64,000 nt of DNA from NCBI GenBank assembly GCA_964571285.1, contig CAZNCE010000001.1, positions 47,255 to 111,254 on the forward strand, read 5' to 3'. Both the position numbers and the translations under genes were made by a program. Below, piece after piece: positions 1-13,833 of the stretch; within the stretch, counting starts at the first letter, position 1; each line of letters begins with the position of its first letter. The notes beneath the pieces are model-generated. The model made no database searches and was not told the DNA's origin. It saw only the letters and a list, made by a program, of their open reading frames with translations. Source of the DNA: an uncultured Nocardioidaceae bacterium (GTDB lineage: Bacteria > Actinomycetota > Actinomycetes > Propionibacteriales > Nocardioidaceae).

Positions 1-1931
1 TGCTGGAAGGACAACACGGCCCACAGGGCGTACTCGTGGTTGCGCCGGAGCGCCAGGTGCTCGCCCCACACCCGTCGCACCGCCTCCGGGTCCAAGAACC
101 CCTGCTGCCGCAGCAGCGAGGAGTCCAACAGGTCCTCGGCCCAGTCACGCAGCGGCCCGCGCAGCCACTCCCCGAGCGGCGGGTCGAAGCCGGTCTTCGG
201 TCGTTCGACCAGCTCGCGCGGGACGTACCCGTCCAGCACGCGGCGCAGCACCCACTTCCCCACGCCACCGTGGACCTTCAGCTCCATCGGCAGCCGCCAG
301 GCGAACTCGACCACGTCCGGGTCGAGCAGCGGGAGCCGGGTCTCCAAAGAGGCGGCCATGCTGGCTCGGTCCACCTTGACCAGCATGTCGTCGGGCAGCG
401 TGACCAGGCCGTCGGCCAGCATCATCTGTTCGATCGGGTCCGTATGGCGCCCCCAGGGCGCGCCCGCGGTCGCCGCCGTAGGCGGCTCGACGGCACCGAC
501 CACCACCGCCTCCGGGTTCGGCCATGCCGAGGCCAGCCGCACGTAGAGCGATCGGGCGTCGGTCGCGGCCAGCAGCCCGGCCAGTTTGTGCGCCTTCACT
601 CCGTACGAGCGTTGTCGCGACCCGGCCGGCAGGAACCGCTCCAACCCGGCACCGACACGGTCCCAGGTCTCCGGCTGCGCGGCCAACAGCATCCGCGCAC
701 CGCTCCGGCGCGCCGCTGTCGGGGTACGGCGCATCCACCGCCAGGCCTTCTGGCCCAGCACATAACGGTTGTAGCCGCCGAACACCTCGTCGCCTCCGTC
801 CCCGGAGAGACACACGGTGACGTGCTGGCGGGCCAGCGCGCTGATCAGCGCCGTCGGCAGTGCCGAGGGATCGGCGAACGGCTCGTCGTACAACTGCGGC
901 AGCCGCGGGACAAGGGCCAGCGCATCCTCGGGCCGGCAGGTGATCTCGTGGTGCGCAGTGCCCAGATGTGCGGCGACCGCGCGGGCGTCGGCGGCCTCGT
1001 CCAGCCGCGGATCGTCCATACCGACGGTGAAAGTGTCGATCGGCCGTGGACTGACCGACTGTGCCACCGCCGTCACCAGGGACGAGTCCAGGCCACCGGA
1101 CAAGAACGCGCCGAGCGGGACGTCGCTCTCCAACCGCCCGCGCACCGACTCGGTGAGCAGGCCGGACAGCTCGGCGACGGCGTCGGCCGCCGAGCCGCGG
1201 AACGGGTGCGTGCGGCCATGCTCGACGACCTCGCGCAGCGACCAGTACGCCTCCGGGACGCCGTTGCCGGCCGCTCCGTCGGCGGAAACCGTGAGCAGCT
1301 GGCCCGCCGAGAGCTTGGCCACGCCTGCGTGGATCGTGTACGGCGCGGGCACATGACCGAAGCGCAGCAGCAGGGTCAGCGAGTCACGGCTGATCGGCGC
1401 ATCGAAGCCAGGGCTCTGCCGCAGGGCCTTGAGCTCGGAGCCGAACACCAAGCGGTCGCCGATCCAGGTGTAGTACAGCGGCTTCTCACCCACCCGGTCG
1501 CGGGCCAGGTGCAGGGTCCGCAACCGCCGGTCCCAGACGGCCAGGGCGAACATCCCGTTGGCGCGCCGCAGCGCCGCGTGTAGCCCCCATCGTTCCACCG
1601 CGGCCAGCAGCACCTCGGTGTCGGAGTCGCCGCGGAAGGGGTAGTCCCGCAGCTCGGCGCGCATCGACCTGAAGTTGTAGAGCTCACCGTTGTAGACAAG
1701 GACGTAACGGCCGTTGGCCGAGGTCATCGGCTGGGCTCCGTGCTGCGACAGGTCCAGGATGGCCAACCGCCGGTGTCCGAGCGCGACGGCACCGGACGGA
1801 TCGGCCCACGACCCTTCGCCGTCCGGGCCGCGGTGCACGAGCGTCGTCGCCATGACCTGGACGGCGGCGGCGAGCTCGCCGGCCGACGCCGCTGTGCCGC
1901 CGACGTCGAGGATTCCGGTCAGGCCGCACAT
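1..1931 (-). CDS. asnB: Asparagine synthase (glutamine-hydrolysing), first ~643 codons; 3' end lies beyond the left window edge
   Basis: Absent from the ORF track (no in-window stop). Manual minus-strand translation from ATG at 1931 reads MCGLTGILDVGG...HRGPDGEG...YNGELYNF (Ntn amidotransferase, Cys2), later FLSGGLDSS (PP-loop), and stays open to base 1 with high GC3. It overlaps the upstream glycosyltransferase gene by 13 nt. Confidence 0.85.
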   Translation of the reverse strand, partial: MCGLTGILDVGGTAASAGELAAAVQVMATTLVHRGPDGEGSWADPSGAVALGHRRLAILDLSQHGAQPMTSANGRYVLVYNGELYNFRSMRAELRDYPFRGDSDTEVLLAAVERWGLHAALRRANGMFALAVWDRRLRTLHLARDRVGEKPLYYTWIGDRLVFGSELKALRQSPGFDAPISRDSLTLLLRFGHVPAPYTIHAGVAKLSAGQLLTVSADGAAGNGVPEAYWSLREVVEHGRTHPFRGSAADAVAELSGLLTESVRGRLESDVPLGAFLSGGLDSSLVTAVAQSVSPRPIDTFTVGMDDPRLDEAADARAVAAHLGTAHHEITCRPEDALALVPRLPQLYDEPFADPSALPTALISALARQHVTVCLSGDGGDEVFGGYNRYVLGQKAWRWMRRTPTAARRSGARMLLAAQPETWDRVGAGLERFLPAGSRQRSYGVKAHKLAGLLAATDARSLYVRLASAWPNPEAVVVGAVEPPTAATAGAPWGRHTDPIEQMMLADGLVTLPDDMLVKVDRASMAASLETRLPLLDPDVVEFAWRLPMELKVHGGVGKWVLRRVLDGYVPRELVERPKTGFDPPLGEWLRGPLRDWAEDLLDSSLLRQQGFLDPEAVRRVWGEHLALRRNHEYALWAVLSFQ

Positions 1932-3079
1932 CTGGCGACCACACGTCGGTAGATCTGCTCCAGTCGGCCGACCGCCTGGGCGATGTCGAAGTCGGTTCCG
2001 CGCCGGGCCGATGCCGCTGCCAGGGGCGCCCGGATCTCGGGGTCGAGCACCCGTTGCAGCGCGTCGGCAAGCTGGGCGGGTTGGCCCGGCGGCACCAGCA
2101 GTCCCTCGACACCGTTGGACACCGCGTCCGGCACGCCGCCCACCGCGGTGGACACCACCGGCAGCCCGAGCGTCATCGCCTCCATCAGCGCCACCGGGAA
2201 GCCCTCGTACAGCGACGACAGGACGAACACGTCGCAACCCGCCAGCACCCGTGCGGCATCCGGCCGGTACCCCAGCAGCCGGAAGCGGTCGCCCAGGCCG
2301 AGCCGGGCGTGCTCCGCCTCGATCTGCGTGCGCAACGGTCCCTGCCCGACGGCGAGGAACCGGGCCTCCGGATGCTCGTCCAGCACCTTGCGCGCCGCCG
2401 CGAGCAGGTCCGGGTAGGCCTTCTGCGCCCGGTAGTTGGCGACGGTGGCCACCGCCACGTCGTCCGGTGCCAGGCCGAGCTCGGCGCGAACCTGCTCCCG
2501 TTCGGCGCGCAGACGCAGGATCTGCTGCCGAGCGACTCCGTGCACGATGACCTGGATGCCCCGCCGGCGGCTCGCGGGGATGGAGTCGCGCACCTGGGCC
2601 GAGACCGCCACCCGGGCGTCGTCGAGCGGGTACGTCCACCGGTTGGCGGGGCCGGTGAGGCGCCCGTAGGTGTCCCAGCCGTTGTGCTCGGTCGAGACCA
2701 GGCCCGGCCGCCCGCCCCGGGGTGCCCGCCCCACCGCCCGGACCAGCGGACGGGTGGCGGCGGCCAGTACCGGGGAGTGCACGTGCACGATGTCGTAGCG
2801 CCGGGACCGCAGCGCGCGGGTCAGCGCGGCCAGCCAGCGTGGATCGGCGAGCACCCGGCCCGCTCCCCCGGACTCGGACCCACGGCCGAGGCAGCGGGTG
2901 GCCACGCCCGACGCCTCCAGTTCGGGGACCAGGTGGTTCTTCCACGGCAGCAGATAGGCCACGTCGTAGTCGAACGCGTCCGCGTCCCGGGCGACCGCGG
3001 CCGAGCAGAGCAGCTTCTCGGCGCCACCGGGGCCGAGGCCCTTGATGACGTGCAGGACGCGCAGCCGCGTCGCAGGCAT
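1919..3079 (-). CDS. Glycosyltransferase family 4 (GT-B fold)
   Basis: ORF 1919..3139. N-terminus LRVLHVIKGLGPGGAEK and the EX7E-type segment EGFPVALMEAMTLGLPVVST are typical of GT4. Start placed at ATG 3079 (MPATRLRVLHV) after a G-rich SD; ATG 3139 is also possible. Confidence 0.8.
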   Translation of the reverse strand: MPATRLRVLHVIKGLGPGGAEKLLCSAAVARDADAFDYDVAYLLPWKNHLVPELEASGVATRCLGRGSESGGAGRVLADPRWLAALTRALRSRRYDIVHVHSPVLAAATRPLVRAVGRAPRGGRPGLVSTEHNGWDTYGRLTGPANRWTYPLDDARVAVSAQVRDSIPASRRRGIQVIVHGVARQQILRLRAEREQVRAELGLAPDDVAVATVANYRAQKAYPDLLAAARKVLDEHPEARFLAVGQGPLRTQIEAEHARLGLGDRFRLLGYRPDAARVLAGCDVFVLSSLYEGFPVALMEAMTLGLPVVSTAVGGVPDAVSNGVEGLLVPPGQPAQLADALQRVLDPEIRAPLAAASARRGTDFDIAQAVGRLEQIYRRVVARCAA

Positions 3080-3183
3080 GTGTCCCCCCACGGAACCAGC
3101 GATCCCAGGACCCCCCAGCCCTGTCCCCTCCTCGCTCACCCTAGGACCGCAGCTCCCCCCGTGTCCTCCGAATCGCGACTACC

Positions 3184-3864
3184 GTGGCCGGCATGAGCTG
3201 CTGCCGCTCCGGTCCGTGCGAGGAGGTGTTCCGCCCGCGGGTCGCACGGGCCGACCTGGCCCGCTACCGCCGTCGTGGGCTACCGGGTGTGACCCGGCGG
3301 ATGCTGGCCACGGTAGGTGCGTCGCGCGTCGCCGGGGCTCGGGTGCTGGACATCGGCGGTGGCATCGGCGCCGTGCAGGCCGAGCTGCTGCGGGCCGGAG
3401 CCGATCGCGGTGAGGTCGTCGAGCTGGTAGGTGCCTACCGCCGCTTCGCCGGGCAGTTGGCCGCCGAGCTGGGCATGTCCGACCGGTCCACGTTCCGCAT
3501 CCACGACGTGCTCAGCGATCCGAGCGGAGTGCAGCCGGCGGACGTGGTGGTGCTCAACCGGGTGGTGTGCTGCGCGCCGGAGGGCGTGGACCTGCTCGGT
3601 GTCGCCGCCCGGCTCACCCGGCAGGTGCTGCTCGCGCAGTTCCCCCGCGACACCCGAGCCGTACGCGCCGGCGCCCGCACCCTGAACCTGTGCTGCCGGG
3701 TGTTCGGCCGGTCGTACCGCGTCCACCTGCACCCGCGCCCGCTACTCGTCCGCGCCGCGGAGGACGCGGGCCTGCGGCTCGAGGCGCACGGTCGCGGCCG
3801 GCTGTGGGAGTTCGTCACGTTCCACCGCCCACCCTTGGACGACGCGCTGCCCGCGGCTGGTTAG
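3184..3864 (+). CDS. Class I SAM-dependent methyltransferase with Cys-rich N-terminus
   Basis: SAM motif I VLDIGGGIGAVQAELL and acidic loop VVELV. N-terminus MSCCRSGPCEEVF. Divergent from the GT4 gene. Confidence 0.7.
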   Translation: MAGMSCCRSGPCEEVFRPRVARADLARYRRRGLPGVTRRMLATVGASRVAGARVLDIGGGIGAVQAELLRAGADRGEVVELVGAYRRFAGQLAAELGMSDRSTFRIHDVLSDPSGVQPADVVVLNRVVCCAPEGVDLLGVAARLTRQVLLAQFPRDTRAVRAGARTLNLCCRVFGRSYRVHLHPRPLLVRAAEDAGLRLEAHGRGRLWEFVTFHRPPLDDALPAAG

Positions 3865-3872
3865 ATGCCGTC

Positions 3873-5387
<1,515 letters not shown>

Positions 5388-5464
5388 CCACCCAGGACCA
5401 GGAGCCCCCCCACCAGGAGCGCCCCCACCACCAGGAGCGATGTGCGACACCGAAGGGACCCGGA

Positions 5465-6859
5465 GTGAACCTCTCCCCGCAAGACCTCGTCGAGCACGCA
5501 CTGTCTACGACCGAGTCCGACGGCTGCGTGGTGATCTTCGACGCCTCGACCAGCGCCAACCTGCGCTGGGCCAACAACACGCTGACCACCAACGGCGTGC
5601 TGGAGCAGGCCAGGGTGACCGTTGTCGCCACCCGCGCCGGGGCCGACGGCACCGCCTCCGGGGTGATCTCGCGCAGCGCAGCCGATCGCGACCAGGTCAC
5701 CGAGATCGTGCGGGCGGCCGACGCGGCGGCCGCGGCGGCCGGTCCCGCCGAGGACGCGCAGCCGTTGGCCGCCGGGCCCGATGGCGACAACGGGTCCGAC
5801 TGGGCGGAGGCGCCCGGTGAGACGTCGATCTCGGTGTTCGACGGGTTCGCACCGGCCCTCGGGGACGCCTTCGGCCGCGCCCGGGACGCCCGGCAGGTGC
5901 TCTACGGCTATGTCGAGCACGACGTCACCACCACCTACCTGGGTACGTCCACCGGGGTCCGCCGCCGGCACGTGCAGCCCTCCGGGCATGTGGGGATCAC
6001 CGGCAAGGACGCCGACCTGACCCGGTCCGCGTGGGTCGGCCAGGCCACCAGGGACTTCTCCGACGTGGACGTTGCCGTTCTGTCCGGGGAGCTGGACCGG
6101 CGGCTGCGCTGGGCGGAGCGCAGCGTGGAACTCCCCGCCGGGCGGTACGAGACGGTGCTGCCGCCGACCGCGGTGGCCGACCTGATGATCTACCAGTACT
6201 GGGTGTCGGGCGGCCGCGACGCACACGAGGGGCAGACCGTGTTCAGCCGGCCCGGCGGCGGCACGCGCGTCGGCGAGTCGCTGTCGGAGCAGCCGGTGCG
6301 GCTGTTCTCCGACCCGGCGCTGCCCGGCCTGGAGTGCTGTCCGTTCGTGGTCGCCCACGCGTCCGGCTCCGAGCAGAGCGTGTTCGACAACGGGCTGCCG
6401 ATCGAGCCCACCGACTGGGTGCGCGACGGTTCGCTCAGGGCGCTGCTGCAGTCGCGGCACTCCGCGCAGCTCACCGGGCTGCCGTTCACTCCCGCGGTGG
6501 ACAACCTGGCGCTCTCCGTCGATGGCAGCACGTCCGGCCTGGACGACCTGGTCGCCGGCACCGACCGCGGCCTGCTGCTCACCTGCCTGTGGTACATCCG
6601 GGAGGTCGACCCGCAGACGCTGCTGCTGACCGGGCTCACCCGCGACGGCGTCTACCTGGTCGAGAACGGCGAGGTCACCGGCGCGGTGAACAACTTCCGG
6701 TTCAACGAGAGCCCGGTCGACCTGCTGCGCCGGTTCACCGAGGCCGGCGCCACGGTGCCCGCGTTCTCCCGGGAGTGGGGCGACTACTTCCCGCGGACCG
6801 CGATGCCACCGCTGCGGATCCCCGACTTCAACATGTCCAGCGTCAGCCGGGCCCGGTGA
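5465..6859 (+). CDS. pmbA: PmbA/TldE-family protein (TldD partner)
   Basis: Track ORF 5096..6859, trimmed to GTG 5465 (VNLSPQDLVEHAL) preceded by GAAGGGA. PmbA-like segments ANLRWANNTLTTNG and GLTRDGVYLVENGEV. Lacks the HExxH motif, as expected for the partner subunit. Confidence 0.8.
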   Translation: MNLSPQDLVEHALSTTESDGCVVIFDASTSANLRWANNTLTTNGVLEQARVTVVATRAGADGTASGVISRSAADRDQVTEIVRAADAAAAAAGPAEDAQPLAAGPDGDNGSDWAEAPGETSISVFDGFAPALGDAFGRARDARQVLYGYVEHDVTTTYLGTSTGVRRRHVQPSGHVGITGKDADLTRSAWVGQATRDFSDVDVAVLSGELDRRLRWAERSVELPAGRYETVLPPTAVADLMIYQYWVSGGRDAHEGQTVFSRPGGGTRVGESLSEQPVRLFSDPALPGLECCPFVVAHASGSEQSVFDNGLPIEPTDWVRDGSLRALLQSRHSAQLTGLPFTPAVDNLALSVDGSTSGLDDLVAGTDRGLLLTCLWYIREVDPQTLLLTGLTRDGVYLVENGEVTGAVNNFRFNESPVDLLRRFTEAGATVPAFSREWGDYFPRTAMPPLRIPDFNMSSVSRAR

Positions 6860-6966
6860 GCGCGACCGCCCGTACCCGCTGCGAGTGAGCGACCCAATGA
6901 CCGCCCCTGACCGACCAGTGACGGATCAGAGTGACCGAACCGAGTGACCGAGGAAAGGTGACCCGA
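6856..6966 (+). repeat. Array of about 8 short TGAC(C)G-type repeats spaced 10-14 bp in the pmbA-AKR intergenic region
   Basis: Read directly: GTGAGCG 6856, GTGAGCGACC 6885, ATGACCGCC 6897, CTGACCGACC 6907, GTGACGGA 6918, GTGACCGAACC 6931, GTGACCGAGG 6944, GTGACCCGA 6958, then the ATGAC start of the next gene at 6966. Confidence 0.6.
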
Positions 6967-7811
6967 TGACACCCGAGCAAGTCCCCACCGTGACCCTGAA
7001 CAACGGCGTGCAGCTGCCCCAGGTGGGCTTCGGCGTCTTCCAGGTGCCCGAGGACGAGACGCAGCGCGTCGTCGAGCAGGCCCTCGAGGCGGGCTACCGG
7101 CACATCGACACCGCGGCCGCCTACTACACCGAGCGCGGTGTCGGCGCCGCGATCCGGGCCAGCGGGCTGGCCCGCGAGGAGGTGTTCGTCACCACCAAGC
7201 TGCGCAACGGCGACCAGGGGTACGACACCGCGTTGCGCGCCTTCGACGACAGCCGCCGCGCCCTCGGGCTGGACGTGGTGGACCTCTACCTGGTGCACTG
7301 GCCGGTGCCGAGCAAGGACCGCTATGTCGAGACCTGGCAGGCGTTCGAGAAGTTGTACGCCGACGGGGCGGTCCGGGCGATCGGCGTCTCGAACTTCCTC
7401 CCCGAGCACCTGCAGCGGCTGACCGCGGAGACCGCCACCGCCCCGGTGGTCAACCAGATCGAGCTGCACCCGACCTTCCAGCAGCCGGCCACCCAGCAGG
7501 CCACCCGGTCGGCCGGGAGCGTGGTCGAGGCGTACTCCCCGCTGGGCCGGGGTGCCGACCTGGACGCACGACCGGTTCGTGCCGCGGCCGAGGCGCACGA
7601 TCGCAGCCCCGGCCAGGTGGTGCTGCGCTGGCACCTGCAGCACGGCAACGTGATCATCCCGAAGTCGGCGACGCCGCAGCGGATCCGCGACAACATCGCG
7701 TTGTTCGACTTCGAGCTGACCGCGGACGAGATGGCGGCGATCGACGCGCTGGATTCCGACGAGCGGTTGGGGTTCGACCCGGCCGAGGCGGCGTTCTCGC
7801 AGTACCCGTGA
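6966..7811 (+). CDS. Aldo/keto reductase (2,5-diketo-D-gluconate reductase-like)
   Basis: GYRHIDTAAAY, TTKL and DLYLVHWP motifs (AKR catalytic Asp/Tyr/Lys/His). 281 aa. Confidence 0.9.
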   Translation: MTPEQVPTVTLNNGVQLPQVGFGVFQVPEDETQRVVEQALEAGYRHIDTAAAYYTERGVGAAIRASGLAREEVFVTTKLRNGDQGYDTALRAFDDSRRALGLDVVDLYLVHWPVPSKDRYVETWQAFEKLYADGAVRAIGVSNFLPEHLQRLTAETATAPVVNQIELHPTFQQPATQQATRSAGSVVEAYSPLGRGADLDARPVRAAAEAHDRSPGQVVLRWHLQHGNVIIPKSATPQRIRDNIALFDFELTADEMAAIDALDSDERLGFDPAEAAFSQYP

Positions 7812-7827
7812 CTGCTTGGCAGCCCGC

Positions 7828-9183
7828 TCAGGACGCCGGCGGTCCGCCGGGTATCGGCGCCTGCGGGTCGTACGGCGTGCGGGTGTAGATGAACGTCGCA
7901 ACCTCCAGATGGGAGGCCCCGCCGTCCGGGCGCCGATGCACGGTCAGCGTCTCGCCGGTGTGGTAGCCGGACAGGCCCAGCCAGCGGTCGGTGTCCAGTC
8001 GCCGAAACCGGAACGCGCGCCCACCGCGGTCGGCGGCCAGCCGCAGTTCGCCGTCCTGCACGCTCATCGTGAACGGCGCCTGGCCCCAGTACCACGGGCC
8101 CAGCAGGTCGCGGATGCCCGGCTCGAGCTCCGTGGTGGGCCGCCATTCCGGAGGCAGCGGCGGTTCGTGGTGCAGCACGGCCTGCACCAGCCGGCGAGGC
8201 AGGGTCTCGACGTCCACGCCGTACGCCGCGTTGGTGAGCAGCACCGCGCCGACCCCGCTGTCCCGGTCCACGAACATGCCGCAGACGAACCCCGGCATCG
8301 ATCCGGTGTGACCGACCAGCATCGGCTCGGAGCCGGTGATGCGCAGCCCGAGGCCGTAGCCACCGGTCAGGCCCTCCTCGGGGTACGCCGACTGCGGCGT
8401 GGCCATCTCGTCGACCGTGCCGGGGTCGAGGACCGTGCCGGGGCTGGCCAGCTCGGCCATCCAGCGGACCAGGTCGCCGACGGTGCTCCACAGCTGCCCC
8501 GCCGGCGCCATCGCGGCGGTGTCGTTCAGCGGCTCCTCGGTCAGCGTTCCGGCCAGCGCGTCGACCGCCAGCCCCATCGCGTGCGGTGCCTGCGGCAGCA
8601 CGGTGGTCCGGGACATGCCGAGCGGCTCGGTGATGCGCTCGCGCAGGGCGCCGGCCCAGGTGGTGCCCAGCAGCCGCCCGGCGAGCCGGCCGAGCACCGC
8701 GAAGCCCAGGTTGGAGTAGTGGTGCTGCCGGCCCGGCGGCAGCACGGCGGGCGCGTCGCGGTGGGCTGCCACCAGCTCGTCCCAGTCACGACCCGGGCTG
8801 CGCTCCCACCACGAGCCGGCGGGCTCGGCCGGCATCCCGGACGAGTGCGACAGCAGCGACCGCACCGTCCGGTCGGCATACGGCGCCTCCGGCAGGTAGT
8901 CGCCGACCGGCGCTCCCAGGTCGAGCAGCCCCCGGTCGCGCAGCTGCAGCACCAGCGCGGCGGTCATGGTCTTGGTGACCGAGCCGATGCGGTACTGCGT
9001 GTCCACGCTCGGCGGCACCCAGCCGGCGGGCTCGGCCCGGGCGACCGCGCCGCGTACCCCCGACCAGGCGCACTGGCCGTCGCGCAGCACCGCGGCGGCC
9101 AGCGAGGGGATGTGCTGGTCGGCCTGGGCCCGGGCCACCACCGCCGTCAGCTGCCGGGCGGTGGACTCCAGCACCCCTCCCAT
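7828..9183 (-). CDS. Serine hydrolase, beta-lactamase class C / PBP-like family
   Basis: SVTK (SxxK) and YSN motifs. The track ORF extends to 9402 and would overlap gcvP, so the start is trimmed to ATG 9183 (MGGVLEST); GTG 9204 is an alternative. Confidence 0.8.
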   Translation of the reverse strand: MGGVLESTARQLTAVVARAQADQHIPSLAAAVLRDGQCAWSGVRGAVARAEPAGWVPPSVDTQYRIGSVTKTMTAALVLQLRDRGLLDLGAPVGDYLPEAPYADRTVRSLLSHSSGMPAEPAGSWWERSPGRDWDELVAAHRDAPAVLPPGRQHHYSNLGFAVLGRLAGRLLGTTWAGALRERITEPLGMSRTTVLPQAPHAMGLAVDALAGTLTEEPLNDTAAMAPAGQLWSTVGDLVRWMAELASPGTVLDPGTVDEMATPQSAYPEEGLTGGYGLGLRITGSEPMLVGHTGSMPGFVCGMFVDRDSGVGAVLLTNAAYGVDVETLPRRLVQAVLHHEPPLPPEWRPTTELEPGIRDLLGPWYWGQAPFTMSVQDGELRLAADRGGRAFRFRRLDTDRWLGLSGYHTGETLTVHRRPDGGASHLEVATFIYTRTPYDPQAPIPGGPPAS

Positions 9184-9214
9184 CGGCGCACCCTGCTCGC
9201 TCACCGGCTCGGCT

Positions 9215-12124
<2,910 letters not shown>

Positions 12125-12129
12125 CGCAG

Positions 12130-12300
12130 GCTCCTACAGGTCGGTCACACCGTTGGGTGCTCCCCCTCTGTCGGCACCATGCCTCCAGAGTTGCCTGCCA
12201 CGTACGGTCCTGTCGCCTGAGAGGTTCCGGGGAGTCGTTGCCCCTTCGGCGCCCGCCGGCGGCACCAGGACCGCTGCCGGGACTCTCCCGTACGGGATGG
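12130..12300 (-). promoter_or_regulatory. Glycine riboswitch (one canonical aptamer plus a degenerate second element) in the gcvP leader
   Basis: The minus strand reads CGGGAGAG...GCGCCGAAGGGGCAAC...CTCTCAGGCGACAGGACCG (aptamer core, ~12205-12295). This is followed by CTCTGGAGGC...GTGCCGACAGAGGGGGAGCA (~12135-12200), ending 10-20 nt before the gcvP ATG. Confidence 0.8.
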
Positions 12301-12359
12301 ACGGCAGGGTCGAAGTTACCAGGCGACCGCCTGGGGGCCCGGAACCAGCCGGTCAGCCC

Positions 12360-13034
12360 TCAGCCGGTCAGTTTGGCCCGGCGGCGGGCGGACAGCTCGT
12401 CGTCGCCGTGCTGGGGACCGTCGGCTCGCTCGCTGGGCAGGTCGGCGAGCGACCCCTCGATCTCGCGCCAGACGCCGCCGATCGCGATGCCGAAGACGCC
12501 CTGGCCGCCGTTGAGCAGGTCGATCACCTCGTCGTCGGAGGTGCACTCGTAGACGGTGGCGCCGTCGCTCATCAGCGTGACCCCGGTCAGGTCGTCGGTG
12601 CCGCGCTCGCGCAGGTGGTGGACGGCGGTGCGGATCTGCTGCAGCGAGACACCGGCGTCCAGCAGCCGCTTGATGACCTTGAGCAGCAGCACGTCCCGGA
12701 AGGAGTACAGCCGCTGGGTGCCGGATCCGGTGGCCGACCGGACCGTCGGATTGACCAGGCCGGTACGCGCCCAGTAGTCGAGCTGTCGGTAGGTGATCCC
12801 GGCCGCGCTGCACGCGGTGGGGCCACGGAAGCCGACGTCCTCCGGGAGCGGGGCCAGCGGCGCGTCGAACAGCAGCTCCTGCTTGCCGATCTGACCGGCG
12901 TGCGCACCGGCGGTCGAGGATGTGCCGGCCTGGTCCGCCGCTGCCCGGTCGCTGTTGCCTGCCACTTCGAAGACCTCCGCTTGTGTCCCCGGTGCTCCAC
13001 GATGTCCCGGGTGCGGGGCGCCGGCAGGGATCAC
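12360..13034 (-). CDS. MerR-family transcriptional regulator (Rv1830/FtsR-like position)
   Basis: HTH segment ITYRQLDYWARTGLVNPTVRSATGSGTQRLYSFRDVLLLKVIKRLLDAGVSLQQI. Synteny between gcvP and the DUF151 nuclease. The exact start is uncertain. Confidence 0.8.
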   Translation of the reverse strand: MIPAGAPHPGHRGAPGTQAEVFEVAGNSDRAAADQAGTSSTAGAHAGQIGKQELLFDAPLAPLPEDVGFRGPTACSAAGITYRQLDYWARTGLVNPTVRSATGSGTQRLYSFRDVLLLKVIKRLLDAGVSLQQIRTAVHHLRERGTDDLTGVTLMSDGATVYECTSDDEVIDLLNGGQGVFGIAIGGVWREIEGSLADLPSERADGPQHGDDELSARRRAKLTG

Positions 13035-13069
13035 CGGCGTGGAGTTACAACGAGGGTGTTCTGACGGCC

Positions 13070-13098
13070 ACGCTAGAACGCGGGTCGGGTGGCGTCAA
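13070..13098 (-). promoter_or_regulatory. Candidate sigma-70-type promoter for the MerR gene
   Basis: Minus strand TTGACG (13098-13093), a 17-nt spacer, then TAGCGT (13075-13070), about 35 nt upstream of the ORF start. Confidence 0.35.
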
Positions 13099-13278
13099 CG
13101 ACGTGCGGCCTGCCGCGACGGCGTGTCGTACCCTCAACCTCAGGTAGAGGCTTAGCGATGTCCCGGCCTGACGGCCCGGACCGGCAGGGCTGATCGCGAC
13201 CCATCGGGCGCACGGGCGACCGGTTCTCGCCAGACGGGTGGCCGCTCACCTGCGGAACGCGCCGCGACGGCCGGGCCA

Positions 13279-13746
13279 TCAGCCGTGCTGGAAGTCCTCC
13301 GGCGTCACCTGGTCGAGGAACTCGCGGAACTTCTCCACCTCGTCCTCGTCCTCGTCGGGCACCAGCACACCGGCCTCGTCGAGCACGTCCTCGCTGCAGG
13401 TGATCCGGGACCCGGTGCGCAACGCCAGCGCGATCGAGTCGGACGGGCGAGCGCTCACGGTGTTGCCGCCGGACAGGATCAGGTCGGCGTAGAACACGCC
13501 CTCACGGACCTCGGTGATCTGCACCTCGTCCAGCCGTTGGTCGACCGCGGCGAGCAGATCCTTGAGCAGGTCATGGGTGAGCGGGCGCGGCGGCACCACC
13601 CCCTGCTGCGCGAAGGCGATCGCGGTGGCCTCCACCGCTCCGATCCAGATCGGCAGATACCGCTGGCCGCCGGACTCCCGCAGCAGCACGATCGGCTGGT
13701 TCGAGGGCATCTCCACGCGGACACCCACCACATCGACGTCTCGCAC
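13279..13746 (-). CDS. Bifunctional nuclease family protein (DUF151; Rv1829-like)
   Basis: 155 aa. VGVRVEMPSNQPIVLLRE...YLPIWIG..EA.AIA is typical of the family. Acidic C-terminal tail. Conserved position between two MerR genes. Confidence 0.8.
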   Translation of the reverse strand: MRDVDVVGVRVEMPSNQPIVLLRESGGQRYLPIWIGAVEATAIAFAQQGVVPPRPLTHDLLKDLLAAVDQRLDEVQITEVREGVFYADLILSGGNTVSARPSDSIALALRTGSRITCSEDVLDEAGVLVPDEDEDEVEKFREFLDQVTPEDFQHG

Positions 13747-13833
13747 TCTTCCACACTACCCCGGCCCGGTGTGCGCGAAAGGGCCTTCCGTCGGTACTTC
13801 CCCGTGCTGAAAGGCACTTTCGAAGCGGTGGCG

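Noticed and set aside
36-1583. 515-aa plus-strand ORF (and other ORFs at 40..546, 145..813, 817..1356)
   Set aside because: Arg/Pro/Gly-rich, with no motifs, and antisense or off-frame to a clearly recognisable asnB gene on the minus strand. This is a typical high-GC shadow ORF.
6856-6966. CRISPR-like array (also considered for 40664..40742)
   Set aside because: The repeat units are only 7-21 bp and imperfect. They lack the repeat-spacer architecture and no cas genes are present.
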